Shown: in pieces, positions 17,307 to 23,332 of the stretch
Layout: every line of letters begins with the position of its first letter
Position numbering within the stretch: the first letter of the stretch is position 1
Virus record (IMG/VR): IMGVR_UViG_3300029684_000026
Coordinates: 1 to 29,724 of that record
DNA from: a virus
Length of the DNA stretch: 29,724 bases
Reading direction: 5' to 3' (one strand)
Translations under genes and position numbers: made by a program
The notes under the pieces: model-generated
Told to the model about the DNA's origin: nothing
The model's database searches: none
What the model saw: only the letters and a program-made list of their open reading frames with translations

Positions 17307-18729
17307 CGGTAAATCCTTTCATGAGTCCGGCGTAAATCATTTGCTGAAGCTGTTCATAAGCATCGGGCGGAATGAGTGCTTTTTCCGGTTCCCTGTTGGC
17401 CGCCGCCGTCACCGGAACGGGGTCCTGCGTGTCCTCGATCGACATGCCGATCTTTTCTTCAATCTCGGTCTTCTCGGGGCGGACGCCTCCGTCGGCAAGC
17501 GCGGCGATTTCCTCGGCTTTCTGCAGCGGGGTCTGGACGGTGTCAAAAGTGATGTGGAGGCGGGCCAGCGGTTCGCCGTCTCCCAGGACAAGCGGGCTGA
17601 TGGCGGCGTTAAAAGCTTCGGCGACCTTGGAACAGACCGCGGAGACGACCGAATTCCAGCTGTCCGTGTGCGCTCCCCCGGCCAGCGTGCCGGATCCTGA
17701 TTCATTCAGGACGGTCAGAGTGCCGGCCATTACAAACCGCACCTGGTCCTTGTCGGACATGTTGATTCGGGATAGGAAATAGTTTTCGTTGATGTTGGAG
17801 GCTTTCAACGGTTCGGCGGTGCAGCCGGGAGGAAGCACAATGGAGGCTCCCGATTTGAGTTCCTCACAGGCCCGTTCCAGCGCGTCCATGACGGCGGCGC
17901 TCGCGTCCTTGGGCGCCGTGATGATGACCGGGGCGCTCCCGTAGCGGTCCATATGGTTGTCCCACGTAACTTTGGCGTGATTCCGCTCAAAAGAGGCGCG
18001 GGTTGCCGGAAAAAGAATGGGGTTCCGGTGCTCCATGACCACGAGCGTTTCTTCCTCTACGCTCTCGCCCGTGTCGACCCCGATGTAGCACTGGGGATTA
18101 AACTGCCATTCGTTCAGCTCTCCGGGCCGCACCCAGTATCGCTGCGGGATGAATTCAAAGCGGCGGCCCCAGGAATCTTCGATGTATTGGAGGTGGGCGT
18201 ACCCGTAAAACATAGCGGAGGCCAACTGCCCAAAGGCCTGTTGAAGTCCGGTGACGGAGTGATAGAATTCTTCCAGCGCGTTCTGCTGACGCTGGGCTTC
18301 CGGGCTGTCGTCCGCGGCGTCAATCTTCCATCCCTGCATGGAGACGCTTTCAATGAGCCGGGAATAGAGCATGCCCATCAAGCCGTCCGAGTAGATGACC
18401 TCGTCCCAAATGAGCATTTGGCGGGCAAAGGCTCCACGCCGCGCTTCGTTCCGGGCGTCAATCAGGGTTTGCAGGTCGGCGCCCTGTAACGGGTCCCAAT
18501 ATTCGTACCATTGAGGCTGGTTAGGCTTCCGGCTCTGTTCCGTCAACGCTCGCCGGGCCAGGTCCGTTTCAAGCTCCTTGATTCTGGTCTCCTGTTGGGC
18601 TACCAGCTTCGGGGCGTTGAGGATATTTTTGACGGCGTTAAACCTGAGGCTAAAGAAAAGGTGGTTGCAGGGGAAGGAGTTGGACCTTCGATTCGGGGAC
18701 AGGAACCCCGCGTGATACCGTTTCACCAC
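17281..18729 (-). CDS. Portal protein (possibly Mu gp29 / DUF935-type)
   Basis: 482-aa ORF between TerL and the protease/scaffold. Only a GTG start is available, and the first ~30 aa look non-native. Confidence 0.6.
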   Translation of the reverse strand: MVKRYHAGFLSPNRRSNSFPCNHLFFSLRFNAVKNILNAPKLVAQQETRIKELETDLARRALTEQSRKPNQPQWYEYWDPLQGADLQTLIDARNEARRGAFARQMLIWDEVIYSDGLMGMLYSRLIESVSMQGWKIDAADDSPEAQRQQNALEEFYHSVTGLQQAFGQLASAMFYGYAHLQYIEDSWGRRFEFIPQRYWVRPGELNEWQFNPQCYIGVDTGESVEEETLVVMEHRNPILFPATRASFERNHAKVTWDNHMDRYGSAPVIITAPKDASAAVMDALERACEELKSGASIVLPPGCTAEPLKASNINENYFLSRINMSDKDQVRFVMAGTLTVLNESGSGTLAGGAHTDSWNSVVSAVCSKVAEAFNAAISPLVLGDGEPLARLHITFDTVQTPLQKAEEIAALADGGVRPEKTEIEEKIGMSIEDTQDPVPVTAAANREPEKALIPPDAYEQLQQMIYAGLMKGFTDDQHETNQ

Positions 18730-18782
18730 CCTGCGATTGCTTACATATCGTCATATATTGATATCTTAATATGTTGTCAACC

Positions 18783-20120
18783 CTAATATCTCCCGTAAGC
18801 GCGTTTTGATGACACGGGACGGGCGTACCAGGCTCCCAGCGTCCGCGCCAGTCCGCTGTTCCGGCGCGCGTGCCAGGCCATCACAAGGGCGTCGGCCCGG
18901 TCTGGGGAACGAACGCCCCGCTTTGCCATATCTTCTTTGCTTTCAATGCGGACGCGGCCTATTGCGTCGGTTTGGAGTCGTGGAGCAACCAGCTGCTCAA
19001 TCGTATCCTCGTCAATGTCGAGGATGAGTTCTTTTTCTTCGATGGCGCGGGCGAGAGCCCGCCATGCTTGGGCGCGGAGGTTGACAAAGGCTTGTGTGTC
19101 ATCTGCCGGGAAGCCTCCCCGGTAGGAGTGCACGGGGAAACCCTCAGCCCGGAAGTCGTCAATGATGGGAAGCCCCAGTCCGTCGCCGTCGGCAAAGATG
19201 CGGTCGGCAGAGATGCCGAGTTCGGCGGCCTTTCGGCGGAAACGTCCGCGCGCTCCTACAGTGTCTGGGTCGGCCCAGTGGTCGGCGATGAAAAAACGGT
19301 TGCCCTGTCCGGCCGCGAAGACATTCTCATCACCCCCGGCGGCGAAGTCAAAGCCGCCGCAGGTCTCCCCGGTGTCCAAAAAGGGAGGCGGGTTGTTGAG
19401 CAGCTCCATGATGGCGCGGCGGGAAATGACGGATTGCCCGTCAAGGTCCGTGAATTCGCCGAGGATGGCCGAGCGGTAGAAGGAGGACTGTTCGCCGTAT
19501 TCTTTTTTCAGGCGTTCGGCCTTGCCTGGATCGTTGATTTCGATGTGCGGGCAATCCTCGTATTTAACGCGGATTTTGTAGTAGAGGGATGAATTTTTGT
19601 GGAAGCAGTCGTAAAAGGTTCCGGAATCGGCACCCGGCGACGAGGTGATGAACGCGTTGAAGAGCGTGCAGCGGGAAACAGCGGTGAAGATGGAGTCGGG
19701 AATGGTCTTGGCTTCGTCCAGGACGTAAAAGACGGGATCCACGTCGGGCGAGATTTTCGGATGCCACCCTTCTGCGCGTCCCGCGTTGTCGGTTGAGAAT
19801 CCCACGGCAAATCCTCCTTCCGGCGTGCGGATTTCGGTTTTGTTGAATGTCCAGCCGTCAAAGAAAGGGTTATCCATATAGCGGCGAAGCGCGGGAAAGA
19901 GCTGTTTTTCTACCTGCATCCATGATGATGACGTGACTGGCACCTGACCCCGAGGAAAATAGGTAAGGAAACACAGGATTGCGGGCGCAATGGATAGGCT
20001 CGTCTTTCCCGATCCGTTCGGAGCAACCATGGCCACGCTTCGACCTCCCAGCCTCACCTTTCCAAGAAGCAATGCCTTGATGGCCTCGATTTGCCAGGGA
20101 TAAGGATCGAGTCCGAGAAT
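18783..20120 (-). CDS. terL: Terminase large subunit; start uncertain
   Basis: Walker A 'APNGSGKT' and Walker B 'VFYVLDEA'. The first canonical start is TTG at 20072, but 'ILGLDPYPWQIEAIKA' lies upstream in the same frame. 20120 is an in-frame ATT. Confidence 0.85.
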   Translation of the reverse strand: MLGLDPYPWQIEAIKALLLGKVRLGGRSVAMVAPNGSGKTSLSIAPAILCFLTYFPRGQVPVTSSSWMQVEKQLFPALRRYMDNPFFDGWTFNKTEIRTPEGGFAVGFSTDNAGRAEGWHPKISPDVDPVFYVLDEAKTIPDSIFTAVSRCTLFNAFITSSPGADSGTFYDCFHKNSSLYYKIRVKYEDCPHIEINDPGKAERLKKEYGEQSSFYRSAILGEFTDLDGQSVISRRAIMELLNNPPPFLDTGETCGGFDFAAGGDENVFAAGQGNRFFIADHWADPDTVGARGRFRRKAAELGISADRIFADGDGLGLPIIDDFRAEGFPVHSYRGGFPADDTQAFVNLRAQAWRALARAIEEKELILDIDEDTIEQLVAPRLQTDAIGRVRIESKEDMAKRGVRSPDRADALVMAWHARRNSGLARTLGAWYARPVSSKRAYGRY

Positions 20121-20162
20121 GTGACGGAGGAAGAAGCTGACGGGGAGATGGTTCCTGCTCGA

Positions 20163-20642
20163 TTAAGGGTGGAGTTTGCCGGCAATGGTTTCCAGCGCGG
20201 TTTTCTCGTCTTCCCGGAGCTGGGCAAGCTGCTCGGGGTCCAGGGTGATTTTGCGTTCCAATGGAGCGCCGGGAACGCCCGCTACATCCTGCCGGACTCG
20301 GTCGCCGAATTTCTCGGGGGCAAAACGGGCGGCAACTTTCAGCCGCGTTTCAATGGCGAGCTTCTTGGCAGCGACGGAGGCGGATCCGCATTCGGGGTCG
20401 AGGGCAACCTGGGCAGCGGCATCTGACAAAGACTGACACTCGTCGAGCATGGCTTCTGACTGCGCTTCCCGCGCGCGTTGAATGAGTTTACAAAACTCTT
20501 CCCGTTCGTGCCTCCATCTCCAGACAGTTAAAACCTCCGGCATGTGATCGTCCGAGCAAATGGACTTCATCGTTTCCCCGTTGGCTAAACGGGAGGCTAT
20601 CTCGTCGGCTAATGCCTCCGTATAGAGGCTGGGCCGTCCTAT
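20163..20642 (-). CDS. terS: Terminase small subunit; start uncertain
   Basis: 'GRPSLYTEALADEIASRLANGETMKSICSDDHMPEVLTVWRW...EF...ARE.Q' matches a common TerS N-terminal HTH pattern. The first ATG is at 20570, inside that pattern. 20642 is an in-frame ATA. Confidence 0.7.
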   Translation of the reverse strand: MGRPSLYTEALADEIASRLANGETMKSICSDDHMPEVLTVWRWRHEREEFCKLIQRAREAQSEAMLDECQSLSDAAAQVALDPECGSASVAAKKLAIETRLKVAARFAPEKFGDRVRQDVAGVPGAPLERKITLDPEQLAQLREDEKTALETIAGKLHP

Positions 20643-20748
20643 TTTCTTGTTGGCGGTAGGTGATTGCTTCTTTTTCCTGCAGGTCTACTCTAGAGGACAA
20701 GTAGCTAGCAAATCAAGCACTCTGTTTGTTCATTCCTTTCTGGGCCCA

Positions 20749-20777
20749 TTGACAAATCTGACCCTCTCACATATACA
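20749..20777 (+). promoter_or_regulatory. Sigma70-like promoter for the plus-strand island
   Basis: TTGACA (20749-20754), a 17-nt spacer, then TATACA (20772-20777). The GTG start at 20784 lies about 7 nt downstream, so the transcript may be leaderless. Confidence 0.4.
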
Positions 20778-20783
20778 GATTTT

Positions 20784-21302
20784 GTGAAAAAGTGTCCTAT
20801 ATGCGGCAAGGATGTTCCGCCGCGCTACGGAGCGCGGGAAAGCGTATACTGCTCCCGCGCTTGCCTCAAGGCACACTATGACGCCGCCTGGGAAACTATC
20901 ACCTGCCCCGTGTGCGGAAAGGAATTCCGCGCTAAAAAACTCTTTCGGCGGAAACATTGCTCTTATCCTTGCGCGAATGCAGCCCAGAAGGGGCGGAAAA
21001 TCACGTCAGAAGCCTTTCAGGAGGCTTGCAAGCATCGGGGAGTTCCCGGCCCCAGGAAGCACCCCAGAACAGGGAAATTTGAGACAAATTGCCATGCAAA
21101 GATATGGCTGCTGGAATCCCCGGATGGAGAGAAAGTCACGGCTCGGAATCTCAAACTCTACATGATAGACCGGTACGGCGAAGAAAAGGGGAAAAAGGTC
21201 TATAAGCTCCTGGTTTGTGCTGCACAACGCTTCCGCAAATGCGGACATGGCAGCGGCGCCGGATGGCGGGTACTTGCCGCCCCTGCCGTCCCGAAGGAAT
21301 AA
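20784..21302 (+). CDS. Double zinc-ribbon protein with a homing-endonuclease-associated-like C-terminal module
   Basis: 172 aa with a GTG start. 'CPICGK..x17..CSRAC' and 'CPVCGK..x14..CSYPC' form two zinc ribbons. The C-terminal 'KIWLLESPDGEKVTARNLKLY...GAGW' resembles modules recalled from free-standing phage endonuclease-like ORFs. Confidence 0.4.
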   Translation: MKKCPICGKDVPPRYGARESVYCSRACLKAHYDAAWETITCPVCGKEFRAKKLFRRKHCSYPCANAAQKGRKITSEAFQEACKHRGVPGPRKHPRTGKFETNCHAKIWLLESPDGEKVTARNLKLYMIDRYGEEKGKKVYKLLVCAAQRFRKCGHGSGAGWRVLAAPAVPKE

Positions 21303-21333
21303 AAAAGGGCAGCCCCGAAGAACCGCCCTTTTT
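21302..21333 (+). terminator. Weak A/T-flanked hairpin, possible terminator
   Basis: AAAAAGGGC (21302-21310) pairs with GCCCTTTTT (21325-21333). The loop is 14 nt, so the structure is weak. Confidence 0.35.
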
Positions 21334-21503
21334 AAGGGAATGAGCGTTTCCGCTCGTGCTGATCTTGTGATCGTTTTAATCCACAGCCCCGGAGGGCTGA
21401 CGTGTTCCTAGAAAGAACAAATTACTTCTCTCATATTCTGCGCCAGGCCGCAAGCAAAAACGGAATGACAACTTTTTTCACCTTTTTTCATTTTTTCTCT
21501 TGC

Positions 21504-21526
21504 GTTACTATAAATTTTATAGTAAC
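21504..21526. promoter_or_regulatory. Perfect 23-bp palindrome, operator-like
   Basis: GTTACTATAAA-T-TTTATAGTAAC, with 11-bp arms verified base by base. Lies 75 nt upstream of the ATG at 21601. Confidence 0.6.
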
Positions 21527-21600
21527 TTAATTTTGTTGACGGGAGGTAAGGGACCGAACGAAGACATAATCCAAATAACAAAACTAGAAAGAACAAGACA

Positions 21601-21924
21601 ATGAACGATAACAAAATCATCACCACGGAAGACGGAGAAGAAATCAACCTGACCGCTCTTGAACGTGAATTTGGCAGCTACAAGTTTGAAGGCAAGACCT
21701 ACTATGCAGCGCGCCAGATGGAATACACCAACAGGGTTTTCCCTGGCTCCTATGCGGACAAATACGAAGACGGCAGCTACATGGAAGAATGGTCTGCTCC
21801 CGGCTATGATGCAGAAGGGAACAAGGTTGAAATCTTCATGGTCTTTGAACAAATGACGGGCGAAGAAATTGAAGGAGAAAACCTCAACTGGACGCAGGAC
21901 GCTTCCCGCGTTGAAGCTCACTAA
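21601..21924 (+). CDS. Small highly acidic protein
   Basis: 107 aa with an ATG start. Hand count gives 24 D/E versus 9 K/R. Confidence 0.6.
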   Translation: MNDNKIITTEDGEEINLTALEREFGSYKFEGKTYYAARQMEYTNRVFPGSYADKYEDGSYMEEWSAPGYDAEGNKVEIFMVFEQMTGEEIEGENLNWTQDASRVEAH

Positions 21925-21933
21925 ATAACCCCC

Positions 21934-21954
21934 AGGGGCGGCAAAGCCGCCCCT
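21934..21954 (+). terminator. GC-rich hairpin (terminator or attenuator)
   Basis: AGGGGCGGC-AAA-GCCGCCCCT forms a 9-bp stem and is followed by CCTTTCTC. It ends 11 nt before the ATG at 21966. Confidence 0.5.
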
Positions 21955-21965
21955 CCTTTCTCACT

Positions 21966-23270
21966 ATGACCGCACAAGAATTTATCGACTGGCTTCAAAC
22001 TGCCAACAATCTTCCAAATCCTACCCAAGCTGTAAAAAGGGCCGCGCAGATGATGCGGGTGACGGAAGATGCTGTTTGGAAGTGGCTAAATACTAAAAAA
22101 CCACATCCCACGCCTGAATACATGCAATTGCTCATGGAGTTATTGCATGAAAAATACCGAGAAAAGAGGTTTCACCGCATTCTTTCTCACGAACAGCGTG
22201 AAGAAATGCGGTCCATGTTGGGCAAAAAACCTGATCTGGAAATCGCCGAGCTACTCGGAATAGCGCGCGTCACGGTCCAGACTGAACGCTATAAATTAGG
22301 TATCAAAAAGTATTGCAGCCCTGAAGCAATCCGCATCCAACACGATGAAGAGCTTATTGCAGTGCTCGGAAAAATTCCTGACTCGGAGTGTGCCAAGAAG
22401 TTTGGATACTCAAATTCCAGAGTAGCCTACCTTAGAAAGAAATTAGGGATTAAGTCATATAGGGGGCCGCGTAAACCCCGTCAGCCACGAGACCCAAATA
22501 AACCACACAAGAAAAAAGAGTATCCCGAAGAGTTAATTAACATGCTTGGAAAGACCCCGGATGATGAAATTGCTAAAAAATTCGGTTATTCCAAGGCAGG
22601 AATTGCGCTTATTAGAAAAAAGATGGGCATTCCATCATTATCTGATACTAAATTCCCCGAAGAGAAACGCGAAGAAATGCTATCCATGCTTGGGAAAGTT
22701 CCTGATAGCGAAATTGCTGAAAGGCTTGGAATATCGCTTAATGTTGTAGCGCGGAACCGTAGAAAATTAAAAATTGCTCCAGCTCCATACTCTCCCATTA
22801 AGGATGCGGACAAGGATATAATTCTTAATTTATTGGGAAGAGTATCAGATTTAAAAATTGCAAAAAAAACAGGGTACAGCGTATATGTAATTAAAAAATT
22901 TAGAGAACAGAACAAAATTAAGCCTTTCAGTAAAAGCATTTTAGAAAGATTTTCACCGGACCAACGTAAAAAACTCTTATCTATGCTTGGGAAAGTTTAT
23001 GATAGAGTAATAGCCGAAAAATTTAATATTGATGACGAGGCAGTAAGAAGAATTAGACAGAAATTGAATGTTCCGGCATTACGTGAGGAAAAAAGCTTGC
23101 AAGAAACAATAGAAGGGGACGAATACATTAAATCCCTGCTGGGCACAATGACTGATAAAGAAGTCGCTAATAAAACAGGCAAATCAATACAAGTTATCGG
23201 AAAAGCAAGGAGAAAATTAAATATCCCGGCGTTTGATACAAGGGGGCGGTCTACAAAGAAACAATCTTGA
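21966..23270 (+). CDS. Protein with seven tandem HTH modules (sigma70 region 4 / GcrA-like) plus an N-terminal HTH-like segment
   Basis: 434 aa, AT-rich. Carries seven copies of the pattern L(L)GKxPDxEIAxKFGxSxxxVxxxRRKLxI(P), listed in the findings. Confidence 0.65.
   Translation: MTAQEFIDWLQTANNLPNPTQAVKRAAQMMRVTEDAVWKWLNTKKPHPTPEYMQLLMELLHEKYREKRFHRILSHEQREEMRSMLGKKPDLEIAELLGIARVTVQTERYKLGIKKYCSPEAIRIQHDEELIAVLGKIPDSECAKKFGYSNSRVAYLRKKLGIKSYRGPRKPRQPRDPNKPHKKKEYPEELINMLGKTPDDEIAKKFGYSKAGIALIRKKMGIPSLSDTKFPEEKREEMLSMLGKVPDSEIAERLGISLNVVARNRRKLKIAPAPYSPIKDADKDIILNLLGRVSDLKIAKKTGYSVYVIKKFREQNKIKPFSKSILERFSPDQRKKLLSMLGKVYDRVIAEKFNIDDEAVRRIRQKLNVPALREEKSLQETIEGDEYIKSLLGTMTDKEVANKTGKSIQVIGKARRKLNIPAFDTRGRSTKKQS
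22191..23225 (+). repeat. Intragenic array of seven ~40-aa HTH repeat units
   Basis: The repeats are also visible at nucleotide level, for example atgcttgggaaagtt at about 22684 and about 22981. Confidence 0.8.
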
Positions 23271-23296
23271 TCTTTCCAAGATAAAAACGCGCCCCC

Positions 23297-23332
23297 TATA
23301 CGAGATTCCAGGGGGTATACGAGATTCCAGGG
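23297..23332. repeat. Tandem 17-bp direct repeat TATACGAGATTCCAGGG x2 (2-bp spacer)
   Basis: Copies at 23297-23313 and 23316-23332 are identical. They lie in the convergent gap between the plus-strand island and the DnaC-like gene. Confidence 0.9.

Noticed and set aside
14780-18729. Mu-like transposable phage
   Set aside because: The head genes resemble Mu gp29, gpI and gp36. However, the element ends at a tRNA-derived core, carries RecT/Exo and an organiser/DnaC replication module, and shows no transposase in the window.
15728-20687. Stop-codon reassignment (TAA or TAG read as sense) to explain the missing starts
   Set aside because: TAA, TAG and TGA all terminate well-defined genes in the window. 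The capsid upstream region has two TAA codons and the endolysin upstream region has several stops. Long genes show no internal stops that would need recoding.
21408-21921. Minus-strand ORFs 21408-21647 and 21517-21921
   Set aside because: They lie in the AT-rich regulatory region and are antisense to the acidic-protein gene. They translate mostly to Phe/Leu/Val from T-tracts, and there is no supporting context.
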